Source: a virus
Virus record (IMG/VR): IMGVR_UViG_3300044980_000021
Location: 1 to 45,983 of that record
DNA length: 45,983 bases
Strand: one strand, 5' to 3'
The translations under genes and the position numbers were made by a program. Below are positions 26,594 to 33,925 of the stretch, one piece after another (positions within the stretch are counted from its first letter, which is position 1; the number at the start of each line of letters is the position of its first letter). The notes under the pieces are model-generated. The model did not search any database, was not told the DNA's origin, and was given only the letters and a program-made list of their open reading frames with translations.

Positions 26594-27043
26594 TTACACG
26601 TTCTGCACGATGGGAGTAAAGCCGGTAATGTCCGGCGATGGCGCGGCAACGATTACGAAGGTTGCGCTCTGCGTTGCAGTCGTTTCATCCGCATTCGTAT
26701 ACGTGATGGTCAGCGTGAATTGCGCGCCAACCGCCGCAGACGAAGGAATCGCAACGAAAGTGCTCAGGCCGGTCGAATCTGCCGGGTTAGGCTGAATAGG
26801 CGCGTTGGTTGAGTCGGAACTGGTCCAAACCGGCAAAGATGCGGGATTGGGGACGGTTCCAGCGGGTAGAGTTGTGGTTTCGAATCCGGGCGTAAATCCA
26901 GGTGCAATCGGTAGCAGTGCCATAATGTACCTCGCTTCACGAATCGGCGTGAATCCGGTTATATAGTGAGGATGCCTTCTGCGCCAGTGTTCCCGGTGCA
27001 GACTGAATGCTTCGTTCAAATCCCACTCGATTGGGTATCTCAT
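26594..27043 (-). CDS. Protein with Ig-like C-terminal half, 149 aa (alternative start ATG 26923)
   Basis: ATGA overlap at 27043 with the upstream stop. The internal ATG 26923 has a GAGG SD. The ITGFTPI peptide occurs near both ends. Confidence 0.55.
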   Translation of the reverse strand: MRYPIEWDLNEAFSLHREHWRRRHPHYITGFTPIREARYIMALLPIAPGFTPGFETTTLPAGTVPNPASLPVWTSSDSTNAPIQPNPADSTGLSTFVAIPSSAAVGAQFTLTITYTNADETTATQSATFVIVAAPSPDITGFTPIVQNV

Positions 27044-27234
27044 TGAACCACCGAGAACCTTCCAACGAACTCATTCACCTTGGCAATCAGGCGTTCACAT
27101 TTGCGGCCCAATTCTTCAAACTCATGCCGCATGCGGGAATTGTCAGCAGTCACGTCAGCCAGATTAGACCTCAGCACATTGTTATCGTGTTCGAGGTCTT
27201 CAAGCCTCTGGTGAACTGTTCTGGTCTCGATCAT
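27040..27234 (-). CDS. Small coiled-coil protein, 64 aa
   Basis: ATGA overlaps at both ends. Charged heptad-like sequence. Confidence 0.6.
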   Translation of the reverse strand: MIETRTVHQRLEDLEHDNNVLRSNLADVTADNSRMRHEFEELGRKCERLIAKVNEFVGRFSVVQ

Positions 27235-27497
27235 TGCATCCCCACGCCTGGAATGTTCAGCGGGGCAGCTTTGGTTGCTTCGGCTCCCTTATCTTCCATC
27301 TGCGAGCCGTCATCCATCGCCTGAGATACTTCCTCGCCGGTATAGCCCATCTGCTTCAGATCATCAACCGCCTGCATCGCCTTCGGGTTGTCCTGAATGC
27401 TGGGTTTTTCCTGACTGTCTTCCGCAGGCTTCTGGCCGGCCTGAAACGCTGCCATCTGGCTGGGGTGCGAACTTCCATCATTTGCTTTGAACTGCAT
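27231..27497 (-). CDS. Small acidic protein, 88 aa
   Basis: Start moved to ATG 27497 (MQFKAND...), with GGAGG about 7 nt upstream. Confidence 0.6.
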   Translation of the reverse strand: MQFKANDGSSHPSQMAAFQAGQKPAEDSQEKPSIQDNPKAMQAVDDLKQMGYTGEEVSQAMDDGSQMEDKGAEATKAAPLNIPGVGMQ

Positions 27498-27789
27498 TCG
27501 GTTCCTCCTCGATTTTGTAGGGGCCTTCAATCGCTTCTGGTTGTTCTGGTGGATTTACTCGGCGCGCTGCTCGAACCGCATCAATGCCAAGCGGCTGGCG
27601 CACAATCTTGGTTTCAACTGGAGGCATGATAACTTTAGGGGCAGGTTTCTTCAGTTCTATCAGTGCTTCCTGCAGCTCATCAATCCTGCGCTGTTTCTGG
27701 GCTACCTGAGCGCGGAGATAGTCAATCTCTTCGGCCAAATGAACGCGCATCGGAAAGAGGATATTCATCAACTCTTTTAGCCACTTCAT
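27478..27789 (-). CDS. Coiled-coil protein, 103 aa
   Basis: The ORF-track start 27966 lies inside terL. ATG 27789 (MKWLKEL...) forms an ATGA overlap with the terL stop. Confidence 0.65.
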   Translation of the reverse strand: MKWLKELMNILFPMRVHLAEEIDYLRAQVAQKQRRIDELQEALIELKKPAPKVIMPPVETKIVRQPLGIDAVRAARRVNPPEQPEAIEGPYKIEEEPNAVQSK

Positions 27790-29393
27790 AAGCGCCCCTT
27801 CCAGCTCGGCGGCAATACCTGCCGCTTCTTCTTTGTGGTTTTGTTCACGTGCCTGAATGCGATCATCATTCGATCCACCGGCTTTGCCGCATCCATCTGC
27901 TCTGAGAATACTTCCTGCTCTGTCTTCTTTCTCGGCAACAGCATGGATTTTAGCAAATACCTGCAACCGTCTCCGCAGTCCTGCTCAATCTTAGCTGCAG
28001 AAAGGTCCGTTTTCAACACATCATCCAAGTTTTTAGGGTCGCGCAGCAGACTTGGTATAGCATTCAGCAACTCGGCACACTCGCTTGAAATCAGTACCGC
28101 GTCATCATACTGAAACCTCTGGCCCTCTTTGTCTACACCCCAACCTTGCCCCTTGGAGGCTTTAAACAAGGCTCCCATCAATCCCCAACCGCCCTTGCGG
28201 TCATTGTCGGCCTTGATGAATCCAGGCATTCCATTCTGCTTTAATCGCTTGTTCTGCTGGCTGCCGATGGAATTAGGATCGTCTGTTACTTCTTCCGGGC
28301 TAAGAAACGCTGTTTTGTGCTTCGGCCTCTCAGTCGGAGGGGTTGAGTCGGTAATGTCCTGAGCGACTTCTACGGCCTCCTTCTCATTGATTATCATCTC
28401 CCGGTAAATGACCGTCACGTGAATCGGCTTGGTAAGCTCCCATCCAAGCATCTCTTTGGCCTCGGAAGGCTTCAACGCCACTCGGAACGCCCAGAACGTA
28501 GCACACCAGTGAGACTTGCCCCAATCCTGCGCAAACCAGTGAACCGACCACGGCTTTCTGAGTGACTCGACTAAAACAGGACCTATCCGCGTTGATTCCA
28601 GATCGAAGCTATTCGCAAAATACGCACCTTCGAGCGAATCCCAATCGCCTTCCCAATCAGCTTTGCGAATGACCTCATCATCGGTCGCAAGCTGGCGAGT
28701 ATAAGGCCCACGCTTCGCCGCATAGTCCTTCCTCTGCTCATCCGTCCAGCGATAGTAGTCGTCAACCGTGTATCCGTCCTGCTTCAGCGCCGTGCGAACC
28801 CATTCCACGTTATCCCACGGATTGAACTTGATATACGTGTATTCCGCAGGGTCTTCGTCCTTGTTGACTTCCTTGAGGTAAAACCATTTGCGCAGCTCTT
28901 GAATCGAAGCGCCACGCATATTGAAGACGAGTACAACTTTCGCCGCGTCGAGCTTCGTTGAACGCGCGGCTTTACGTATCTCTCGTATCTCACGCCCTGA
29001 GAACTGTTCCGCCTGATCGATGATGATGATGTCGTAATTGCCTGACCTGAAAGCCTCAACAACCGAGTCGTAGTTCTCGGCGTACTTGAATTCCATCGTC
29101 GAGCGCCCAATTGTCAGAACGGCCGGCGGAGATGACTTCAGATTCTCAGCAAGCCACGGAAAGTCTCTCCGAATCGCAGAGATGTGGAACGGCACCATCT
29201 GCTTGACCCAGGTTCTCATTACAAGGCAGATCGTAAGCCCTTGAATCTCGTACATCAGCGTGATTGCAGCTCTATCGACCCCAGAAGACTTGGCCGACCC
29301 TCGACCACCGCAAGCACCGATAACTGTTGCGCGATGCTCTTTGATTGTCTTCAGGAGCTTGGACTGTTTGGGCTGGAGAAGTATCTCAGGCAT
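27786..29393 (-). CDS. terL: Terminase large subunit, 535 aa
   Basis: Walker A-like GACGGRGSAKS and Walker B YDIIIIDQAE, with a C-terminal nuclease-like half. Position downstream of terS. Confidence 0.9.
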   Translation of the reverse strand: MPEILLQPKQSKLLKTIKEHRATVIGACGGRGSAKSSGVDRAAITLMYEIQGLTICLVMRTWVKQMVPFHISAIRRDFPWLAENLKSSPPAVLTIGRSTMEFKYAENYDSVVEAFRSGNYDIIIIDQAEQFSGREIREIRKAARSTKLDAAKVVLVFNMRGASIQELRKWFYLKEVNKDEDPAEYTYIKFNPWDNVEWVRTALKQDGYTVDDYYRWTDEQRKDYAAKRGPYTRQLATDDEVIRKADWEGDWDSLEGAYFANSFDLESTRIGPVLVESLRKPWSVHWFAQDWGKSHWCATFWAFRVALKPSEAKEMLGWELTKPIHVTVIYREMIINEKEAVEVAQDITDSTPPTERPKHKTAFLSPEEVTDDPNSIGSQQNKRLKQNGMPGFIKADNDRKGGWGLMGALFKASKGQGWGVDKEGQRFQYDDAVLISSECAELLNAIPSLLRDPKNLDDVLKTDLSAAKIEQDCGDGCRYLLKSMLLPRKKTEQEVFSEQMDAAKPVDRMMIAFRHVNKTTKKKRQVLPPSWKGRL

Positions 29394-29829
29394 GATTTTT
29401 TGTATGGCAAGTAGAGCACCAGTCTACTCCTGAGCGCTTGAAGATGAGATGTCCTGCTTTCCGGCATTCTTCGATGACCGACGCTGTTCCTCTACCATCT
29501 GCCTGTATCGGGCGATTTTCGGGTCCTTGTCCAAGTCCTCCCCGTTGAGCCAATTCACCCCGCATGGATTGCACCGTACGTAATCGCTTCGTTGAACCCT
29601 TGGCACTCCGCACAGCGGGCAGGGCGGAAGATTTCCCACTTCGATCAATCGTTCCTGGCGAGTCTGTTCCTGTTCTTCGTATGTCAGCATATTTGCCTCC
29701 ACATTCAGATAAGGCAAACCACAGCGCTTCGACACAGAAAGACTTCAGCGTCTTTCCATCATCAATAGCTCTCTTTTTGAGTGATGTTACAAGTGTGTCA
29801 TCGACGCAGCGAAGGTTGAGGGTTGCCAT
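29386..29829 (-). CDS. RHH (FitA/VapB/Arc-like) N-terminal domain ORF that reads through the Zn-ribbon gene in another frame, 147 aa
   Basis: MATLNLRCVDDTLVTSLKKRAIDDGKTLKSFCVEALWFAL is a typical ribbon-helix-helix. The remaining ~100 codons are Arg/Gly-rich and overlap 29424..29690 out of frame. The stop overlaps the terL ATG by 8 nt. Confidence 0.45.
   Translation of the reverse strand: MATLNLRCVDDTLVTSLKKRAIDDGKTLKSFCVEALWFALSECGGKYADIRRTGTDSPGTIDRSGKSSALPAVRSAKGSTKRLRTVQSMRGELAQRGGLGQGPENRPIQADGRGTASVIEECRKAGHLIFKRSGVDWCSTCHTKNHA
29424..29690 (-). CDS. Zinc-ribbon protein, 88 aa
   Basis: ATG 29690 has GGAGG 5 nt upstream. Sequence MLTYEEQEQTRQERLIEVGNLPPCPLCGV...CNPCGVNW has a CxxC...CxxC pattern and a protein-like composition. 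Confidence 0.65.
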   Translation of the reverse strand: MLTYEEQEQTRQERLIEVGNLPPCPLCGVPRVQRSDYVRCNPCGVNWLNGEDLDKDPKIARYRQMVEEQRRSSKNAGKQDISSSSAQE

Positions 29830-29844
29830 GTAACAAGTGTAACA

Positions 29845-30270
29845 CTATTCTTCCTTCGACTCGCTGCCAATGTGGCGCACTACCAGCTCAATTGCCCCGC
29901 CATTCTCGCCTGTATGTGCTAGCTTATCGCCGTACTTCTTCGGGGCCAGCTTGGATGCTCTCCACTGATACGCGCTGATCTTAACCTTTGTGCTTTGATA
30001 GTTTTCCTCGTCACACGCCTCAGCGGCTTCGATGATCTTGTCGTCCATCAAATCAGCCTGCATTTCCCTCGCGCGCGCGCACTTGGCCTCAAAATCTTTA
30101 TTGTCTGCCATCCATCTCAACACTGAAGCACGAGACGGAAAACCTTCAGATTGACAGATTTGCCTCATACTCTCGCCTTCTATGAGACGTTCACATATTT
30201 TTTCGGCAATAGATTCTGAGTAGTGCATTAATGGGGATATCCTTTGAAGCCCGTCTTTCCGAGCTGCCAC
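29845..30270 (-). CDS. terS: Terminase small subunit, 141 aa (alternative start ATG 30228)
   Basis: SIAEKICERLIEGESMRQICQSEGFPSRASVLRWMADNKDFEAKCARAREMQADLMDD...WRASKLAPKKYGDK matches the HTH-type small-terminase family seen in many podophages. The ORF-track start is GTG. Confidence 0.7.
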   Translation of the reverse strand: MAARKDGLQRISPLMHYSESIAEKICERLIEGESMRQICQSEGFPSRASVLRWMADNKDFEAKCARAREMQADLMDDKIIEAAEACDEENYQSTKVKISAYQWRASKLAPKKYGDKLAHTGENGGAIELVVRHIGSESKEE

Positions 30271-30364
30271 CGTTGCTTAGTTAACCCTACGGTTGGGAAT
30301 GAAAGCGGGTTGCTAAGTTCAAACCACGGCTCAAGGCCGTCCCCCTCGTAAAACTCATGGGGAT

Positions 30365-30393
30365 ATATTAGCACCTCGACTGAAAATAGTTAC
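30365..30393 (-). promoter_or_regulatory. Candidate leftward (late operon) promoter
   Basis: On the minus strand: weak -35 GTAACT (30393..30388), 17 nt, TAATAT (30370..30365), 6 nt, ATG 30358 of a 23-codon ORF upstream of terS. Confidence 0.25.
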
Positions 30394-30401
30394 GATTTTT
30401 C

Positions 30402-30430
30402 TTGACAAGTAATCCCTCATGTCCCATATT
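30402..30430 (+). promoter_or_regulatory. Sigma70-like rightward early promoter, leaderless geometry
   Basis: TTGACA (30402..30407), 17 nt, CATATT (30425..30430), 6 nt, ATG 30437. There is no SD. Confidence 0.55.
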
Positions 30431-30436
30431 ACCTAC

Positions 30437-30583
30437 ATGACGCAAATAACCGTTGACTTTAAGGTTCTTAAATGCCCAATTGATGTGGCGAAGGAGTTGA
30501 AGCACGCTGCTATTGAGAAGGGCTTGACCCGTAATGAGCTCGTAGTCCAAATTTTGACTGCGGCTGCGGAGAAATTGAAATGA
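30437..30583 (+). CDS. Ribbon-helix-helix (Arc/CopG-like) regulator, 48 aa (below ORF-track cut-off)
   Basis: Hand translation gives MTQITVDFKVLKCPIDVAKELKHAAIEKGLTRNELVVQILTAAAEKLK, a beta-strand plus two helices. First gene after the promoter. Confidence 0.65.
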   Translation: MTQITVDFKVLKCPIDVAKELKHAAIEKGLTRNELVVQILTAAAEKLK

Positions 30584-30726
30584 AAACAGTAGACGGAAAT
30601 TACGTTCCAACACAGCACGAATTGGAGCATATTCAATACTTGCGTAGCGAAGTTGAGTCAGCCTACCGCAAACTCGAAGATGCTCGGCGTGAGCTTGATG
30701 AGTATTCCAAAAGGATCGCATCATGA
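30580..30726 (+). CDS. Small coiled-coil protein, 48 aa
   Basis: ATGA overlap with the RHH stop. Sequence MKTVDGNYVPTQHELEHIQYLRSEVESAYRKLEDARRELDEYSKRIAS. Confidence 0.5.
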   Translation: MKTVDGNYVPTQHELEHIQYLRSEVESAYRKLEDARRELDEYSKRIAS

Positions 30727-30824
30727 TCCTCTGGCTAGCAGCATCACCGTCCATCGTTGCGCTCATCCTGGGCTTGTTTGGGTATACCAGGCAGGCTTGG
30801 GTGGGCGGCAGAAAGTGGGAGTAA
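30723..30824 (+). CDS. Small membrane peptide, 33 aa
   Basis: ATGA overlap with the upstream stop. Sequence MILWLAASPSIVALILGLFGYTRQAWVGGRKWE has one TM helix. Confidence 0.4.
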   Translation: MILWLAASPSIVALILGLFGYTRQAWVGGRKWE

Positions 30825-30828
30825 GAGC

Positions 30829-31023
30829 ATGAATAACAACAATTTATCGATGAAGAGATTTGCCTATGTCCCAATGCAAGGAAAGTTCAGATTTGGCGTA
30901 AGCGGAACTGTAACATTTACTAAAATCGACGAGGATTACGCCACGTGTCCAGAAGGCCTTAGGCAACGCTTCGATTTGTACGATCACTGCTGGATGATCG
31001 ATCAACTAATGAAGCAGGAGTAA
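30829..31023 (+). CDS. Small early protein, 64 aa
   Basis: Start moved to ATG 30829 (MNNNNLSMKRF...), with GGGAG 7 nt upstream. Confidence 0.6.
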   Translation: MNNNNLSMKRFAYVPMQGKFRFGVSGTVTFTKIDEDYATCPEGLRQRFDLYDHCWMIDQLMKQE

Positions 31024-31033
31024 AGGAGTTAGC

Positions 31034-31216
31034 ATGGCCTCGAAAGATGTGGTTTTAAGCATTTATCCAGACGCACAGGTTGAGGAGCGCTTTCACGGTA
31101 CAGGAAGGCGTAGATATTGGGTAGTATTCCCGGCTCCGTGGCAGAATCCAGAACTTGGAAGGGGATTCAGCGCTTCCGAAGCATGGGATAACGCAGCTGC
31201 CGCTTTGATCGCTTAA
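31034..31216 (+). CDS. Small early protein, 60 aa
   Basis: AAGGAG SD. Uninterrupted ORF. Confidence 0.65.
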   Translation: MASKDVVLSIYPDAQVEERFHGTGRRRYWVVFPAPWQNPELGRGFSASEAWDNAAAALIA

Positions 31217-31241
31217 CCGCCCTTACCGGGCCTTATGGAGA
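31217..31241 (+). promoter_or_regulatory. Conserved intergenic motif copy A (CC...GGCCTTATGGAGA)
   Basis: TAA-CCGCCCTTACCGGGCCTTATGGAGA lies directly after a stop codon and upstream of ATG 31250. Confidence 0.4.
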
Positions 31242-31249
31242 GAGAAAAA

Positions 31250-31411
31250 ATGGCTGTGAAATGGACAACTTGGAAGCAAGTGGAGCAGTTTATCGCCAAG
31301 CATGACTTACCTTATCGGGTGGATCGCAGCATCGGAGGAATGCTTGTGGATACCTTTACCGGAAAAAGCGTAGCTTTCACTCCGCGTGATGCTCAGGAAT
31401 TGATATTTTAA
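31250..31411 (+). CDS. Small early protein, 53 aa (below ORF-track cut-off)
   Basis: Hand translation gives MAVKWTTWKQVEQFIAKHDLPYRVDRSIGGMLVDTFTGKSVAFTPRDAQELIF. Preceded by motif copy A, which contains GGAG. Confidence 0.55.
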   Translation: MAVKWTTWKQVEQFIAKHDLPYRVDRSIGGMLVDTFTGKSVAFTPRDAQELIF

Positions 31412-31437
31412 CCCCGGCCTAGTGTGGCCTATGGAGA
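31412..31437 (+). promoter_or_regulatory. Conserved intergenic motif copy B
   Basis: TAA-CCCCGGCCTAGTGTGGCCTATGGAGA lies directly after a stop codon and upstream of ATG 31443. Confidence 0.4.
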
Positions 31438-31442
31438 CGAAA

Positions 31443-31745
31443 ATGGCGAAGTTTTACAAGCTCAACGATCAAAGCGCATATCTCCTATTAGTTTTCATGG
31501 AGCGGGGTCCGCGAGGATTTACTCGTTCTTCTCGGCCTCCTAGTCTTGTTCAATTTGAGGCCCGCAAGTATTACAGTCCTAACGGGTTGTCGATGAGCAC
31601 AATACGAGGACTCCAGAAGCGCGGATGGATTACAGAAAATAACAATCACATCTTTTACCTAACACAAGACGGCGAGGACGCCGGAAAGCAACTGCTGATG
31701 GACCCTATATGGGAATCCGCACTGGCACAACCTTCTCAACTCTAA
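31443..31745 (+). CDS. Possible winged-helix DNA-binding protein, 100 aa
   Basis: Start moved to ATG 31443 (MAKFYKLN...). MSTIRGLQKRGWITENNNHIFYLTQDG resembles a recognition helix plus wing. Confidence 0.6.
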   Translation: MAKFYKLNDQSAYLLLVFMERGPRGFTRSSRPPSLVQFEARKYYSPNGLSMSTIRGLQKRGWITENNNHIFYLTQDGEDAGKQLLMDPIWESALAQPSQL

Positions 31746-31765
31746 CCCTTGTGGCCTTATGGAGA
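31746..31765 (+). promoter_or_regulatory. Conserved intergenic motif copy C
   Basis: TAA-CCCTTGTGGCCTTATGGAGA lies directly after a stop codon and upstream of ATG 31776. Confidence 0.4.
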
Positions 31766-31775
31766 ACTAAAAAAG

Positions 31776-31982
31776 ATGACTTGCGAATTATTGCCGTGTC
31801 CCTGTTGCGCAGGAAATGCACGGTTTGAAACATCTCCGCAAGGGCATTTCAAGGCTGGTGTTTATGTTCACTGCAAGCGCACCAGATGCGGAGTTAGAAC
31901 CAAACTGTGTAGAACAAGTTTTGAAGCTGCCGAAGTGTGGAACAAAAGAATTGAATCAACCGCCGCGCCGTCTCCACGGTAG
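31776..31982 (+). CDS. Lar-family restriction-alleviation-like zinc-ribbon protein, 68 aa
   Basis: Start moved to ATG 31776. ELLPCPCCAGNARFE...VHCKRTRCGVRT...FEAAEVWNKR matches the Lar pattern (CPxC...CxxC...A..WNxR). Confidence 0.6.
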   Translation: MTCELLPCPCCAGNARFETSPQGHFKAGVYVHCKRTRCGVRTKLCRTSFEAAEVWNKRIESTAAPSPR

Positions 31983-32016
31983 CGCAGAGAAAACAATAAT
32001 TTTGAGGAGAGATAAG

Positions 32017-32563
<547 letters not shown>

Positions 32564-32571
<8 letters not shown>

Positions 32572-32782
32572 CATTCGCCCCACCCGCATAACCGTCATCA
32601 ACCGCACAGGCGTAGACCTCGCAAATGAGCAGGATGAGCCAGACTGGCGCGAGATTCAGCACGAAGACTACGACCCTGCCTACAACTTCATTCGCAGCTT
32701 GATGTATGTGCTGGCTATTGAGTTTGCGGCTGTTCTGTTTTGCGCTGCAGTATTCATTACCACCTGGATTTGGAGGAAGTGA
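32564..32782 (+). CDS. Small protein with C-terminal TM helix, 72 aa
   Basis: Start overlaps the upstream stop (ATGATTGA). Contains the hydrophobic stretch LMYVLAIEFAAVLFCAAVFITTWIW. Confidence 0.65.
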
Positions 32783-33063
32783 TGAGCGGAACTAATTTTA
32801 CGCCTGGGCCGTGGAGATTTGAGATTTCAGCAGGATGGGGTAGAACTATACGAGCAATGAAAGATAAATACATTGCGTGGAATCTCAAAAACGACCATGA
32901 TGCTCATCTCATCGCGGCAGCTCCTGATCTGTACGAGGCTCTGAAGGATATGCGATCCGTTTGTATGTCTCTATTGGCTGGAATACCCGTACGCGATTGC
33001 GATGAAGTTTACACGAAATCTGATAACGCCCTCGCTAAAGCCGAAGGCAAGTCTCCGCAGTAA
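32782..33063 (+). CDS. Small phage protein with HLIAAAPDLYEALK motif, 93 aa
   Basis: Start moved to ATG 32782 (TGATG overlap, GGAGGAAG SD). The motif recurs in many uncharacterised phage proteins (from recollection). Confidence 0.65.
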   Translation: MSGTNFTPGPWRFEISAGWGRTIRAMKDKYIAWNLKNDHDAHLIAAAPDLYEALKDMRSVCMSLLAGIPVRDCDEVYTKSDNALAKAEGKSPQ

Positions 33064-33085
33064 TCCGCCCCACAGAAAGGAAACT

Positions 33086-33463
33086 ATGAACATCATTCAT
33101 CAGGACACCACAGCAACACAGACCATTTGCGAGAAGCCGCTTTCGCGCAAGAAACTGCGGCAACTCATGCCCCACAACAAAGAACTGACTGCGCATACTT
33201 TGCAGGTCGAATTCAAGCGCCCACATCACCCTCTTATTGGACGAATCAACGAGATTGCGGGATACGACCCTATGGGACTGTTTCTCGAAGCTCTGACCGC
33301 GCTGGGAGGCGAGTATAAGATCGAGCGCGACTTCAGAGACCCAAAGAAGCACACCGGAGGCAGGAAGCAGCCTCTACCTATCTATGACATTACCCGCAAG
33401 GTCAATGGCGTGAAACGCTACGCCTACGATCAGCGCGGTCAACTCCGCAGCCTATCCGCATAA
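33086..33463 (+). CDS. Early protein, unknown function, 125 aa
   Basis: Start moved to ATG 33086 (MNIIHQD...), with an AAAGGAA SD. Last gene of the rightward early operon. Confidence 0.65.
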   Translation: MNIIHQDTTATQTICEKPLSRKKLRQLMPHNKELTAHTLQVEFKRPHHPLIGRINEIAGYDPMGLFLEALTALGGEYKIERDFRDPKKHTGGRKQPLPIYDITRKVNGVKRYAYDQRGQLRSLSA

Positions 33464-33493
33464 CCAATCCTCGCTCTGCTCCCGCACACGTTC

Positions 33494-33925
33494 CTACCGA
33501 TCTTCACAGGCCTCTTCGGGGGCCTGCCTGCCTTTGTACTGAAGCGCGAGATTGTATTGAATCTTCCGCGAGGCTTTCCATTTGTTGCACTCAGCGTGAG
33601 CTGCTCCGTTCTGCCAAGCGCCATCTATCTCGATCCTGTCATCCCTCTTACCTCCGCCCATGCCGCGACCGTATTCGTGCTCAAATGTGGCCTCCCTGCG
33701 CGTCAGGAGGCCCGTACACATCGGCGCTACACCAAGAAGGCAGCAGAAGCCGTTCTGACGCTCCAGCATGGCGTAGACCCGCTGTCTGTACTCTTTCCAG
33801 CCTTCGGTAGTATCAGTGTCGATAACCTCTCGGCCACCGTTGAAGATTTTGATTGGATCTGCTTTGTGCTTGATCTGCCCAGGCTTCGGGAAAGCTGGGG
33901 TGTATTTGCGGTAGGCATGGCTCAT
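33494..33925 (-). CDS. HNH (beta-beta-alpha-Me) endonuclease-like protein, 143 aa
   Basis: Start moved to ATG 33925 (ATGA overlap). FCCLLGVAPMC...ATFEHEYGRGMGGGKRDDRI...NGAAHAECNKWKAS shows Cys pairs plus an H...N...H arrangement. Confidence 0.55.
   Translation of the reverse strand: MSHAYRKYTPAFPKPGQIKHKADPIKIFNGGREVIDTDTTEGWKEYRQRVYAMLERQNGFCCLLGVAPMCTGLLTRREATFEHEYGRGMGGGKRDDRIEIDGAWQNGAAHAECNKWKASRKIQYNLALQYKGRQAPEEACEDR
33507..33535 (+). terminator. Stable UUCG-tetraloop hairpin, candidate terminator of the rightward early operon
   Basis: CAGGCCUC-UUCG-GGGGCCUG (8 bp including one GU), followed by CCUGCCUUUGU. It lies inside the 3' end of the convergent HNH-like gene, and the U tract is weak. 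Confidence 0.4.

Noticed and set aside
26594-27043. ITGFTPI peptide repeated near both ends of the 149-aa ORF, considered as a possible DNA repeat or recombination scar
   Set aside because: The two occurrences use different codons, so there is no DNA-level repeat. It is probably coincidental or an ancient motif.
30368-30874. 168-aa minus-strand ORF spanning the first divergent control region
   Set aside because: It runs antisense to a promoter and four tightly coupled plus-strand genes (RHH, 48 aa, 33 aa, 64 aa). Its sequence is Cys/Ser/Arg-rich and not protein-like, and no SD is present.
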